Assembly: GCA_951406725.2 (NCBI GenBank)
Contig: OX597836.1
Coordinates: 36,704,001 to 36,768,000 of the forward strand
DNA length: 64,000 nt
Direction of reading: 5' to 3'
DNA from: Octopus vulgaris
Lineage: Eukaryota
Every line of letters starts with the position of its first letter. Positions within the stretch are counted from its first letter, which is position 1. The translations under genes and the position numbers were made by a program. The notes below the pieces were generated by a model. The model did not search any database. It was not told the origin of the DNA and saw nothing but the letters and a program-made list of their open reading frames with translations. This document shows positions 40,104 to 54,478 of the stretch, piece by piece.

Positions 40104-40481
40104 TGTATGTATGTATGTATGTATGTATAAGTATATATATGAGTATTTGTTTAGTTTTAAGGTTTGAAAATGCACCGAAATCTGAAAAGCGTGCGGTTGA
40201 TTCGAGAACTTTTTGCTTATCAAAGTTTCAAATATATATTTGGATAAACGTGGGATCTCAGGAGAGTTTAAAATTACAAGGCCAAAAAAAATGGGCAAAC
40301 TTTTACACGCTCGATGGTTTAAAATGCTCACATTTAGCGTTTGTGTGTGTGTGTGTGTGTGAGCGTGTGCGTGTGTATATCTTCCACGCTGTTTTGGTTT
40401 AACAGATTTAATCTAGTTACCTTTCATTTGACGAATCTAAAACCACATGGTTGCAAAGCTCTTAACCACATACATAGACAT

Positions 40482-40742
40482 AAATACTAAATAAATGCAC
40501 CCTTTTAAAGCCTAGCCAGGCCCATGGGCCCCGTTTCCCGGTTTCTATGGTGCGTGTGTTCTCCAGCTGGACGGAATGCCAGTCCATCGCAGCATTACTC
40601 ATTTTTGCCAGCTGAGTGGAGTGGAGCAACGTGAAATGAAGAGTTTTGCTCAAGAACACAACGCGTCGCCCGGTCCAGAAATCGAAACCGCAATTTTACG
40701 ATGATGGTGCTGACACCCTAACCACTAAGCCACGCGCCTCCA
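40482..40742 (-). mobile_element. SINE group B variant (tRNA head, CORE-like middle, gcgatggactggc tail)
   Basis: reverse complement gtggaggcgcgtggcttagtggttaggg..; cata.atagacat repeated on both flanks. Confidence 0.85.
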
Positions 40743-40981
40743 CATATATAGACATGCTGACTAATATATGCTATCTTTAGTGAAATACATCTATGATCAA
40801 AGTTCTCCAGCCGTGAGTATCTCGTTTCTATCTTCATCAAACATGACTTATCTACCGTTATATTATCTTACGTTGCCATCCTTCTTCTTGATGACACTGT
40901 AACCCAAGTCCCTCGTAAAAACGAGCAGAATTACGATGAATGTCGACTGGCCATGATAATCCCAGTATGTTTTCAAACCTA

Positions 40982-41195
40982 TTTCTTTACTACCCACAAG
41001 GGGCTAAACAGAGAGGGGACAAACAAGGACAGACAAACGGATCAAGTCGATTATATCGACCCCAGTGCGTAACTGGTACTTAATTTATCGACCTCGAAAG
41101 GATGAAGGGCAAAGTCGACCTCGGCGGAATTTGAACTCAGAACGTAAAGGCAGACGAAATACGGCTACGCATTTTGCCCAGCTCGCGGCCTTAAA
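40982..41195 (-). mobile_element. SINE group C with a 16-bp TSD
   Basis: TSD tatgttttcaaaccta at 40966-40981 and 41196-41211. Confidence 0.92.
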
Positions 41196-42211
41196 TATGT
41201 TTTCAAACCTAATGTATTTTGGGTAATTATATCTCATATATCCCCTTCTCATGGATCATTGGCATCGTTTTATGTTATTGACATCTTAATGTAGCGATTT
41301 GTCAAAATCGGCAGAGCATCAGTTATCATGTTTCCACGTGTTTATCACAATTGGCTGCGCTCCAATTTCTAACCCATTGAAGCCAATTTTGCCTTTTATT
41401 ACTTTGGAGTTCATTAATGAATAACCAGTGAAATTCGAGACTTTTACCGTATTGGCATCTTATGAACATGAGAAGGAAGAGGAAACATCTCAATGAAAAT
41501 CTTAATAGTTGCGGCTGAAGTACCTTTGATCATAGGTTTTCGAATCTATACAGTTTTTCTCCTCGAAAACCATATATCACATCTTTATATCAGCCTAATT
41601 ATTTTTCTTATTATCGACTGATATATAAATTATCTAACAGAAGATGGACGTTTGTAATCCATTTCGAAGCTTTCAAAATAGAAGTTGGTGGAAATTAATA
41701 ATAAATGATAAATTAAGATTTTTTTAGTTATGAGAACGTTCATATTGTTTAATCCCATATTAGCTGTGGCCAAGCACGTCTGTGATTTAATTCTTTCCAA
41801 TAGTTGCCATCTAATGTGATTTTATAAAAAATTCCAGACTTAGTAATTTTACGACTACGTTACTTAATACTTCTTTCTCCGAGAGGAATTTTAGAACTAA
41901 ACGAGATCAGACACAGCAGATTTGTGATCAAATCCATCCATCCATGACTATCTCACTTATTTTCAGACATTATATATCAAAGTCAACCTCAACCAATATG
42001 TACTTACCTTGTTTATGATCGTAGATGTAGAGACGGGGAGATGTTTTCTATTCCTAGCATACTAAATGGCCATGTAAAAACTCGTTGACTTATCACATCT
42101 AGGATCAGGTACAAGGTTCGCGGCAGTGTTTAGTCTAGTCCCTCGACCCAGTATTATGTTAGAAATATTGTAATGTGTCACCAATCAGAGAAGAACTTAC
42201 GCATATACATA

Positions 42212-42248
<37 letters not shown>

Positions 42249-42249
42249 G

Positions 42250-42299
<50 letters not shown>

Positions 42300-42507
42300 C
42301 TTTTACTCTTTTACTTGTTTCAGTCATTTGACTGCGGCCATGCTGGAGCACCGCCTTTAGTCTAGCATATCGAGCCAGGGACTTATTCTTTGTAAGCCCA
42401 GTACTTATTCTATCGGTCTCTTTTGCCAAACGGCTAAGTGACGGGGGACGTAAACACACCAGCATCGGTTGTCAAGCAATGCTAGGGTGACAAACACAGA
42501 CACACAA

Positions 42508-42554
<47 letters not shown>

Positions 42555-42719
42555 CATATATACGACAGGCTTCTTTCAGTTTCCGTCTACCAAATCCACT
42601 CACAATGCATTGGTCGGCCCGGGGCTATAGCAGAAGGCACTTTCCCAAGATGCCACGCAGTGGGACTGAACCCTGAACCATGTGGTTGCTTAGCAAGCTA
42701 CTTACCACACAGGCACTCC
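42300..42719 (-). mobile_element. SINE group A, full length
   Basis: homology to other A copies. Confidence 0.92.
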
Positions 42720-42740
42720 ACACACACATATATATGTATA

Positions 42741-42790
<50 letters not shown>

Positions 42791-42999
42791 TGTATGTATG
42801 TATGTATGTATATATACCAAAAGATATAAGGTATTCACACATTAGTATTGTCTATACATGACAATAGATACCTTATCTTCGAAATTTAATCCCGTATTTG
42901 TCGGAATGAATTCCTGTGATATAAATAATATTGAAAATAATTTTATCTGAAACACTGTATGCTGTTTATCAAGCATCATTTTTTCTTAAGAAAAGTCTG

Positions 43000-43690
43000 A
43001 ATTCTGTCACCGTTGGAACTCAAATGAATTGTAAAGGAGAATGACATTATCAAACTCCTTCATTAACCAAATACTACACTTCAGATAAGGTTTTAAGCTG
43101 TGAAAATGTAGCAAAGTTAACACCTGTACACCAGCATACCTCCCATACACGCATACTGATGTCAGGGCCCATCTTCTTTCTCGACGGACTAATATTCGAT
43201 TTGACGTCCATTTTAAAATTATATCTTAACCAGTTAGGTGTCATTATTCCTTTTCAGCCATATCCAGTGTCTGCGCCTCTGAACTTCGTCTGAATCTCCT
43301 TCCAGATGGCCTTTACTGGCCAATATTGGACACCAATTGATAGCAGCCAGCGTTTCAGTGTGTTTCAGATGAAAGTCCTACATCCGCCTTCTACAGGAAC
43401 ATGTACTGATCTCCAACCAGTATTTATATAACCTTCCCGTGCAATCTCATAGAGCACATTTTTCTTAACATGGACTGCATCTAAACTGCGTTTATAAAGA
43501 ACAGTTAATTGAAGAAACCGTATTGTCTTATGTTTCTCACACATTATTCTGATAACCGTCTTCCTCCTTTGTGGTATTGCAAAGGGGCTTTCATACCCAA
43601 CAAGATCTGCTGGTACCGTCTCCTTTAACTTTCTTCTCATTTGGTTAACCATATTAACTTTCACGGAAAATCGTGATAAACCGTTCACTG
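43000..43690 (-). pseudogene. Highly decayed non-LTR retrotransposon reverse transcriptase
   Basis: IRIMCEKH..VLYKRSLDAVH resembles LRxIxEK..FxDYKKAFDSVH; NEGV**CHSPLQFI resembles GVRQGCxLSPLLF. Confidence 0.5.
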
Positions 43691-44055
43691 ACTTCCATCA
43701 GCAGTTTGTTGTCACCATTGTCAGAGATGCAAATCATAGTTGTTCCTCACCCACCCGACAAGTCCATAGCATATTCCTCGAGACTTTTGGTTCTTGGCAA
43801 GGTTCAATGAGAAACTGAAGAAGGTTATGACAATGGTTCTCGACAGCTCACATTGTGGAGGGGCACCACGCCAAATGCACTGACGTTAGACGATTACACT
43901 TCGAAGATTAGAATTTTGCTCTTTGAATGTAATAAATTTCTGTCCTGAAAGAGTCTTAAAACTTCTGGAATGCACCGCACACGCACTCACACACACACAC
44001 GAACGCACGGAGGCACGCACACACAAAGAAATATACACACATACACACACACAGA

Positions 44056-44091
<36 letters not shown>

Positions 44092-44094
44092 CAT

Positions 44095-44141
<47 letters not shown>

Positions 44142-44142
44142 C

Positions 44143-44199
<57 letters not shown>

Positions 44200-44675
44200 C
44201 ATACACAAAGACATGTATATCATGGAATAAATTATTTCTATGAGATGAGTGGACAAATAGTTATCGTCATGCAATGTAGCTCTTTGAAATGTTCTTCAAT
44301 CGCTAGTGTAGTAACTAACAGTATTACCGGGTGTTTTATTGTTATAGCACTGGCTATTAAAAGTTAGAATATATTGCCAACTAAACGCTGCCAATATATT
44401 CTCATCTCATTCTCTCTTAGCGTGAGCTATGTTTTCACCTCTGATCTCCTTTCTGCAATACACTTGGCTCTTTCTATCTTACGCATATTATTATCTGGAA
44501 TTCTAACTAGACGTATTATTTACGTGCTTCACGTTAACCTAATAAAAAGGAACATTAGAAAACGAACATTAGCTTCACTTGAGTTCATTTAGTTACCCAA
44601 ATTCAGGTTTTTATTATGCAGAGATCGTTGAGTGAAATTTTTTTCCCACTGCGCCAAAAGTTTTCATTGCTAGCT

Positions 44676-44717
<42 letters not shown>

Positions 44718-44725
44718 TGTGTATG

Positions 44726-44773
<48 letters not shown>

Positions 44774-44821
44774 AAGAAGTAGATAGCTAGATAGATAAAT
44801 AGATATTGATTAAAATATATC

Positions 44822-45195
44822 AAAATACCTATTTCTTTACTACCCACAAGGGGCTAAACACAGTGAGGACAAAAAAAGACAGACAAACGGATTAAATCGA
44901 TTATATCGACTCCAGTGCATAACTCGTACTTATTTAATCGACCCCGAAATGATGAAATGCAAAATCGACCTCGGCGGAATTTGAACTCAGAACGTAACGG
45001 CAGACGAAATACATATTTATTTACTATCCACAAGCGGCTAAGCACAAAGAGGACAAACAAAGACAGAAAAAAGGATTAAATCGATTATGTCGACCCCAGT
45101 GCGTAACTTGTACTTATTTAATCGACCCCGAAAGGATGAAAGGCAAAGTCGACCTCCGTGGAATTTGAACTCAGAACGTAGCGGCAGACGAAATA
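44822..45195 (-). mobile_element. Dimeric SINE group C bodies
   Basis: two gtacttatttaatcgaccccgaaa..ggaatttgaactcagaacgta units. Confidence 0.88.
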
Positions 45196-45524
45196 AAAGA
45201 GATGCCGCAAGAGATATTGCTCAATTGCTCTAACAATTCTGCTTTAAAATTTAATATCCACAATAGGGATTTGAAATCAGGTCACATCTTAGTATAATAC
45301 CAGTTTACCTTTTTCTTGTGTACCACTTCCTAACCAATGTATCAAAGTACCAGCCCGCTATATCTTTCTAATAGATTGTAAAAAAATTGAAATAATTACA
45401 ATTCATTTTCAGAACCATGTGTTTTGCTTCCACAAACCGATTTTCCCTTATTCTATTAGTAATTGTAATTTTATAAAGAAAAATCTGCTGAAATGAAATA
45501 TCCCTTTAATATTGATACTTTCTC

Positions 45525-46400
45525 AAGGCGGTGAACTGGCAGAATTTTGGTTAAGTCGAGTAAAAATTATTAGTGGAATTTGGTCAACTTAAATATTGCT
45601 AGTTCAAATTCCATCGAAGTCGACTTTGCCTTTCATCCTTTCGCGGTCGATAAAATAAGTACTATCTGTGTACTGCGGTCGATATAGTCGACTGGCCCCT
45701 CCCAACCCAAATTTCAGGCCTTGTGCCTATAATGGAAAAGAATTTCCTCAACTTACATGTTGTTACTTCAAATTCCGCCGAGGTCGACTTTGCCTTTCAT
45801 TCTTTCGGGGTCAATATATTAAGTACTAGCTGTGTACTGGGGTCGATATAGTCGACTGTCCCCTCCCAAACCAAACTTCAGGCCTTGTGGCTATAATGGA
45901 AAAGAATTTCCTCAACTTACATGTTGTTACTTCAAATTCCGCCGAGGTCGACTTTGCCTTTCATTCTTTCGGGGTCAATATATTAAGTACCATCTGTGTA
46001 CTGGGGTCGATATAATCGACTGGCCCCCCTCCCTCCAAATAAAAATAATTTCAGGCCTTGTGACTATAATGGAGAAATGTTTCCTCACCTTAGATACTGT
46101 TACTTCAAATTCCGCCGAGGTAGACTTTGCCTTTCGTGCTTTCTGGATCGATAAATTAAGTACCAGGTGTATAGTAGGGTCGAAAAAAATCGGCTGGCCT
46201 CCCCAACAAAATATTTCAGCCCTTGTGCCTATAATAGAAAAGAATTTCGTCAACTTGCATGTTGTTACTTCAAATTTACACCGAGGTCGACTTTGCCTAT
46301 CATAATCTCGGAGTCAGTAAAGTAAGTACCAGCCGAGCACTCGGGTCGATGTAATCAAATCCGAAATTACTGACGTTGCGCTAAAATTTGAAGCAAATAT
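45525..46400 (+). repeat. Tandem array of five SINE C bodies behind one head
   Basis: ttcaaatt at 45603, 45767, 45931, 46104 and 46269 (periods 164, 164, 173, 165). Confidence 0.9.
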
Positions 46401-46644
46401 TTATTCTCGGCTACAGTTTGTCTTTCCGCAATTCGTATAACGAGTTTGATTAGTTCTAAAATGAAAACGCTCATAACACAATCAACGCAAGGAACACTTT
46501 TTTCTTCTATGCTATGGATACAGGTACATTAATTATGAATTTCCAATTCATTTAAATTTAATTTCCACGAGCTGTAACGATAATAAGCTTATTTCAGTGT
46601 TAGCTTTATCATATGGATTAATTTTTGATGAAGTGTAATCTTTC

Positions 46645-46957
46645 ATCTTTTAATTGTTTCAGTTATTTCAGTGCGACCATGCTGGAGCACCACTTTGAAG
46701 AATTTTTAGTCGAATGTATCGACCCTAGTACTAACTTTTTAAAGCCTGGTATACATTCTTTCGTTCGCATTTTGCCGAACCGCTAATTTACGGAGACATA
46801 AACACACCTATCCGTTTCCGTCTACCAAATCCACTCTCAAGCTTTGATCGGCCTAAATATATAGCAGAATACACTTGCCCAAGGCGCCACGCAATGAAAC
46901 CGAACCCGGAACCTTGTGGCTGGAAAGCAAGCTTCTTGCAACACAGCTACGCTTGCG
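46645..46957 (-). mobile_element. SINE group A, older variant with internal deletion
   Basis: ccatgctggagcacc..gtttccgtctaccaaatccactc..cacttgcccaagg. Confidence 0.8.
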
Positions 46958-47174
46958 CCGATGTGTTGCATGTATTGCATCTTTATTTTTCTAAGTTCTG
47001 TCCAAATTCCCGTCACATTTTATTTCAAATTCCTTTCATTTTAACATCAAATGAAATTTATCATAATCTTCGAAAATGGTGCGCATGATTAGTGGAAGAG
47101 ACAGTGTATCATTGTTTTTTGTTTTTTTTTTATTAAACCTGGGACTTTGAACCGATGACTAAAGTAGAGCGAAG

Positions 47175-47625
47175 GGATCTTTTCGGTTTGAACGGCAGTT
47201 GTTAAAGTAATTTCCACGTAACTAAACATTTTAAAACTTCGTATACTAGTAGAATGTGTTTATAAAACATCTTTTTATCTTGGCTTTATTGAGAAAATTC
47301 TATAGTTTGTAAGATATTTGTTGTTGTTTTTTTCTTCAATTTTTGCAATTTCAACCAATCAATGACTGTCTATTGAGGTGAAACATTCTGTGCCGTATGA
47401 ATATGTCCCTCGTTTAAGAAACAGATTGGGTTTATTTATATTTCTGAAGAAAAAAATATACCCTTCATCCACCCTTAACCCTAACCCTAACCCTATCTAA
47501 CCCGAACTCTAACCCTAACCCTAAAATAGATTGAAATGCAATAGATCGATACTAGGGTCGTAATTATGGGTGACAATTTCATATGACACCGCTAGAAAAA
47601 ACTGCCGTTCAAACCGAAGAGATCC
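47175..47625. mobile_element. MITE with 26-bp TIRs, 8-bp TSD and internal (CCCTAA)n
   Basis: ggatcttttcggtttgaacggcagtt / aactgccgttcaaaccgaagagatcc; TSD gagcgaag / gagcgatg. Confidence 0.9.
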
Positions 47626-48928
47626 GAGCGATGTGTTAAACCGAGCGACGGATTAAATCTATCCGTCAAGAATAGACAATATTCAGCTGACCGTATTAAG
47701 CTTTGTTTCACTTTTTTTGTTATTTCACGCACAACGCTTGGAAGGAAGTTGTAGTTTATGTAGAAGATATATGCATAAATTGCCGCATAATAGATCGAAA
47801 CCCGAACTACCTAACAGTAAAGTGAAAATAATTAATCAGACAGCCATACCTATTTTCGTCTGGAATAATAAAACGAAGCTTGTAACAGATATATGTAAGT
47901 TTTATTACAAACTCGGCTATCGATGTTTCTCTTATAATTTAGTGTTTTCCTATAGAATTTCAACTGATTTCTTCACAATCTTTCTTTCTTTCTGTGTCGT
48001 GTTCGTTATCGAAAATGCTTAGTAGTTTTATTTTATAGATTTAATCTGACAACATTGGCGAGACAAAATGTTTATTACGGTGCAATATGTTATTTATGTA
48101 CTATACTAATTCACATACTTCGCCTGGCTGTAACACATTCTAATATTTCAATTTCTCCAACTTTTCCCCGTTTATATTGAAATAGACAGACTTCACACCA
48201 TAATCAGTTAATACAATTGTTTATTTTCAGTTTTATCTGACAGCGATATAAAATTACAGGGAAATAGAACAATATTAATTCTGTTTTTCTATAGGCACAA
48301 GACCTGAAATTGCGATGTGTAGCAACATCTGATAGCCTGGTCGGTCACGGTGATATATATATATATATATATATATATAAAGGGTGAAATATAATTAATT
48401 TAATAAAATCAATAAATTTCACCTAGTAGTCTTTCCGTATGGAAAGGACCATATTCGGTAAAATATATATATATATATATGTCAAGATTAATCAGCCGAA
48501 ATTGCTACGATGAGAAGGTTCTTGACTGAAGATTGAGGGCTTCGAATGTCCCGTGCGTTCGTCTTCTAAGTGTTTTGCGTTCTTGTCCCAGTTTGTATTT
48601 TCTACATATAATAATAATAATAATATATATATATATATATATGTATATACATAATATAAATTAAGTGCAGGACATCACCAACGAGTGAAAAATATGTAAG
48701 CCTACGAGGATAAGTACAGGACAAAATACCAAAAAGAAGGTAACTAACTCGCTCGTCAGTTGTTCATTGTGTTCCTACTCCCTATTTCGTGCTTTCGACG
48801 ACAACTTATTTATATATGTAATATTCTGATACTCCGTTAGTTACGACGACAACGATTATTTCAATTGACTTGAATGTCTGCAGATCAAATGAAAGCAAAT
48901 GTGACCGAGTAATCCACTGGCACGCATA

Positions 48929-48989
48929 CGTACACTTAAAGGAGCTTTCAGGGACAAACGTACACTTAAAGGAGCTTTCAGGGACAAAC
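48929..48989. repeat. 30-bp perfect tandem duplication inside a decayed SINE B (-, ~48830-49135)
   Basis: cgtacacttaaaggagctttcagggacaaa x2. Confidence 0.85.
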
Positions 48990-49677
48990 TGGTTCTTTAA
49001 AATACAGGTATTACCCGTTTATTGCCAGCTGGGTGGACTGGGGTAGAGTTAAATGAGTTAACTTTCTCAAGGATACACACACCGCCAGTTATCGAACGCA
49101 AAAGCTTACGATTGTGAGCAGAAAAACACGCGCCTTTAGTGAGATATATAAATATTATATTGGCATATACATTTTATATATAAGTATGTTGAGAAGTATG
49201 AACGTAATCATATAGTGAATATACACACACACACACATAGATACACACACACACACAAACCCATTCAATATATATTATATGTATATATTATACATATACC
49301 TATATGTATAATATATACATATAATATATATGTGTTTTATTTATATGTATATATATAGAAATAGAGTGAGGGAGAGAGAAAGAGTGAGCGAATACTGATA
49401 TATTAATTTACCGTGCTTAGTTATAATATATATATATGTGAGTGTTTATATATACGCGTGTGTGTGTATATATATATATATATATACGGAGAGAGAGAGA
49501 GAGAGAGGGAATATTGATCTATTGATCTATTAATTTTACATGTATATACGTACATACATACATTCATACATCTGTCCATACATACATACAGTCATACATA
49601 TATGCGTGTATGTATATATATATATATATATATAAAATATTGCTATATCAATTTAATGTTTTTACACACACACACAC

Positions 49678-49724
<47 letters not shown>

Positions 49725-50252
49725 GGTGGGCTGTGTACAAAATTACCGATATATCAAAATATGTGTCACTTGCTGCATTCATTTCTTGGCTGATGTTCTT
49801 ATATTGTGCTCATGAATATTCAGCTGTATATCTAAATATTTACTATTTTAATTACCCATACTTAAGTATCCGATATCCGTAAAAAGTCGATAACGTATCA
49901 CCTACATTTTGCTCACTGAAGCAGCTAGTACGCAGGTCTTGCCTTTCGTTTATCAACTCTCAATACCTATCGAATGTATTATACAGATCTATAAATTATT
50001 GGTTTCAAATATATATAAAATAACTATGAAACGTGTTCCAATTTTTTTTTTAATACTATGAACAGATTCTCTCACAATATTTTATATCACTAAATCTTAT
50101 ATATTTATTGCTGTCAGTGTTATGTTTGAAGTACGCAGTTTGATTGACTCTTCGAGTTTTATTACCATTTAATTCCATAAATCCAATCTATTTTCGTTCA
50201 ACATTGCCTGACATAGCCACTCTCGCTTTTCTCTTCCCCTATGCATACATAC

Positions 50253-50324
<72 letters not shown>

Positions 50325-50441
50325 GGAAAGAGAGAGAGAGAGAAAGAGAAAGAGAGATAGATAGATAGATAGATAGATAGAGATAGATTGATTGATTGAT
50401 AGATAGCTAGATGTGTTCATATGTATATATGTATATATATC

Positions 50442-50491
<50 letters not shown>

Positions 50492-50596
50492 CTTATATTC
50501 ATACACATATATACATATATATATATATATGTACTTATATTCATGCACATATATACTCATATATACATATAGATGTGTGTATATAGACATATATAA

Positions 50597-50634
<38 letters not shown>

Positions 50635-51235
50635 TTCTTACTCATAGATATGCATGCATGATCTCCATCCTGATGGAATGTCTAGATAAAAGAGTAACAC
50701 AGCTTCTTCATGTTATAATATTTATGTCATGCTTCGCGCCCTTTATATTTCCACTAACCTATATATCACATTGTCAATCTCCTAGGTTTCCATGGTTATG
50801 TTTTATATATTTATGTATAATATGGTGTACTTTTAGATACTCATAATATTATATACTGTCGATATTTCTAGTTTTGGGGCTTTAATCTTATGGGTGTTTC
50901 CCTCTTTCGTCTGCGGCCATGCCGAGGCATCGCTTTGAAGGATTCAGTACAGTCGATTTTCCCTTTTTCTACTTACACCATCAATCATTTTCCCCGAAGA
51001 AATGAATTACGAGGGTGTACACAAACCAATTCCGATTGTCAAGCGTAAGGCTGGTCAAACACATATACACATAAGCAAACACACACACTAATACACTCAC
51101 ATACACACACACGTATCTATGTTTCTCTGCGCGCGTGTATATATATATATATATATATACATATATATGTATGTATATATATATATACATATACAGATAG
51201 ACAGATAGATAGATATTATATATATATTTGTGTGA

Positions 51236-51465
51236 GTATATAAACTTAGATAAACTTAGATGTGATTCGACCAATGATTGGTCCAGGCCATGTCTAACTT
51301 AATAGCACCACCTGATAGGATTATTTGAATCCTGTTTAAGTCAAGTTTTGCTTATGGTCCATTCAAGTAGTGAGTTTTTGTTGGGTGAGTTGTATCCAAT
51401 TATGGGTGGCTTATCTGCTATTCTTTAAAGGAATCTATCCAGACTCTGTTTAAAGTTGATATATA
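51236..51465 (-). mobile_element. CR1-like LINE 3' end
   Basis: reverse strand reads QSLDRFL*RIADKPPIIGYNSPNKNSLLEW; tail (ctaagtttat)2. Confidence 0.6.
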
Positions 51466-51612
51466 TAAAATATAAAGTTATATCTTGAGTGACAACAACG
51501 CTGAAGATATACAACGGACTGCAAATAGTAGTGCTCTAATGAGCTGTATACACTCGGATAAAAAAGTGTATATATATATATGTATAGTTATATATATATA
51601 TATATATATAGT

Positions 51613-51659
<47 letters not shown>

Positions 51660-51743
51660 GTACACATATATATTTGTGTGTGTATATATTTATATAATTT
51701 ATATATATACATATATGTATATATATGCATATACACACATACA

Positions 51744-51777
<34 letters not shown>

Positions 51778-52111
51778 CAAACATATATAGGTACATTACG
51801 TCACCAACGTTTCAAACGACATGAAATACGTAAACAAACTAGAGAGTGGAAAATGGAATAAATATGCAATGGCTAAACTTCATCGATATAACTTTTGAAA
51901 GAACTAGCGTTGCATTATCAGTTTTGATGGTGAAGATGGGCTTTAGATAAAGGTACAGTAATAAACATGTTTATCACCATGCAGCATTACTCCTCTCCTT
52001 TGAGCCAATAGGAGTCGATGTTACGGTCAATAGACCTGCAAGATATAACAAAGAAACCTTCTTTAACTCATATCATATTATTGCCTTTAAATCTAAGAAA
52101 CGTTTCGGATA

Positions 52112-52497
52112 CCCTTTTAGTTGTTTCAGTCATGTGATTGTGGCCATGCTGGAGCACTGCCTTTAGTCGAGCAAATCGACCCCAGGACTTATTCTTTGTA
52201 AGCCTAGTACTTATTCTATCGGCCTCTTTTGCAGAACCGCTAAGTTACGGGGGCGTAAACACACTAGCATCGGTTGTCAAGCGATGTTGGGCGGACAAGC
52301 ACAGACACACAAACATATATATATACATATATATGACGGCTTTCTTTCAGTTTCCGTCTACCAAACCTACTCACAAGGCTTTGGTCGGCCCGAGGCTATA
52401 GTAGAAGACACTTGCCCAAGGTGCCACGCATTGGAACTGAACCCGGAACTATGTGGTTCGTAAGCAAGCTACTTACCCCACAGCCACTCCTACGCCT
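52112..52497 (-). mobile_element. SINE group A, full length
   Basis: homology to other A copies. Confidence 0.92.
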
Positions 52498-52518
52498 ATA
52501 AAAATGTAGGTTTTTCCC

Positions 52519-52590
52519 GTACGCGTAGGAATCGAACCCACACCTCTTTGTTTACGCGACCAAGTGTGCTACCAATTACACCAACGCACC
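52519..52590 (-). tRNA. tRNA-like sequence (pseudo-tRNA or short SINE head)
   Basis: ggtgcgttggtgtaattggtagcac (A box, D arm)..gtgggttcgattcctac (T arm) gcgtac; anticodon arm non-canonical; T run downstream. Confidence 0.55.
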
Positions 52591-53918
52591 AACCTATAAA
52601 GTATACAATATTTGCAACTAGGGCGTAATGGACACGGTTGAAATAGGGTCGAGCCTGGATAAGCTTCTGTTCGGTCAACGAAGACTGACTTAACAGATAA
52701 ACAACAATATCAGTCAGGCAATGATTTCTAAACATATTTTTAATGGTAACAAAACGTGCTGTTGCTTATGAATAACACTGAAAAACCAGTACTGTTTTGG
52801 CAGCATTTATGATAAAAATCAATGCTAAGTTGTTATTCTCTATATCGTATATTTTGTTGCAATATTTTTAAAAACCTTACACAGCAAGAGATTTACCAAA
52901 CTTTCTCGCTCCTTGTAATAAATATAATGACGGTGGAGATTTCCTTATTTTTAAGACCCATTAATGTTTATTTCGAAATAGTTGCACATTGGCGAAAGTA
53001 GAAATTTGCTATGCATCTGCGGTGTTATTGTAAAACTTTACGACTGCGAAGTAACTCTATAATAATTGATCGCTAGAGGAAGCATCACATTTACTGATCA
53101 AAATTTATTCTAAATTATATTAAATAGAAGTCAGAAACTCTCTAAGTTAAAATCCTACCGTACTAATCTTTTTTTCCTAACAAGATAAATTTTTATATCT
53201 ATATTTCCCTACGTTTCCTTTCCTTTCCTTCTGATTTCCTAAGATGTATTTCGATATATTTGTCTAATGTGCATAGCAGGGGTTATATTTACATATCTAA
53301 AATTAAGTATTATGGCACGTTCTTCAACGATATTTAATTTATAGCTATATCTTTGTAAATCCTTTAATGGCGACTCTTACTCATATTTTGAGTATGAAAC
53401 TATAATCCAGAAAGTCAACAGGTGGCGCACTATGCTGTTTGCTTATCAGTTGGCAATATGAATGATTGTGAAGTTAAGTCTCTTCGCAACAGTGCGCTAT
53501 CGGGTTCTAGCCAACCGCACGTTAATTTGGTCAATTTCTTCAAGCCACAGGTAAGCCAAAGCCCTGTAAATGTAATTTGATTGGCAGATACTTAACGGAA
53601 GATATCGATGAAGGGGGCATTCTTGTTTCTTGAGCCTAGATTTAATCCGTCGCCTTATTTAATATTGTCCTCCGTTTACTAACTTTAAGTTAATCTTCTT
53701 TATTGCAGGTCACCTGCCAGAGGGTAAATACCCCTCTTCCACCTGTCTTGAAAACCTGGAAAACATCAGAGTATTACACTTTCTACAGTGATTAAGCCGT
53801 ATGTACATATCTTGGATGTGTGCATACAAGCCTACACATATACACACAGATATTCTCATATATATATATATATATATTTGTATATATTTTTGTCAATGTC
53901 AATATATATATATATATA

Positions 53919-54067
53919 TATTTTATAGAGGGCATTATTACACATAAATGCCTCATGCTAGGAGGGACTTTCAAATTCAAGACTATTATGATTATTTTAG
54001 TAGTTTTGACTTTGAACGTCCCTCCTAGCGTGAGGCATTTATGTGTAATAATGCCCTCTATAAAATA
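53919..54067. repeat. Near-perfect ~67-bp-arm hairpin abutting (TA)n
   Basis: ttttatagagggcattattacacataaatgcctca..gggac vs gtccc..tgaggcatttatgtgtaataatgccctctataaaa. Confidence 0.92.
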
Positions 54068-54416
54068 AAAATGAGTACATTTAAAAGAAAAAATTATATA
54101 CTATTGTAAATATTATATTATTCGTGTAATTTACTTAATCTTTACTTTTTTATTTTTTATTGTTTTTTAATTGTTGTTTTAATTTTAACTTTTCTATTAT
54201 ATGTAATTTTCTAGATGGTGTAATTTAATTATTCTTTTTTAATTGATGAAAGGTGGTTTTTTTCTAATATGTTATTAATATTATATTGTGTGGAATTTGA
54301 TTTAGTATTTCTAAATTGAATTCTTTTTCCCTGTCAGTTTGGATTTTATTCCCTCAAATAATAATAATTATTATATATATATATATATAATATTAATTAG
54401 AGACAATATTAATTAG

Positions 54417-54478
<62 letters not shown>

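Noticed and set aside
45600-46400. CRISPR-like array
   Set aside because: Units repeat in full with no unique spacers, derive from a SINE, and the context is eukaryotic with no cas genes.
47472-47525. True telomere or chromosome fusion site
   Set aside because: Short, degenerate and internal to a TIR element.
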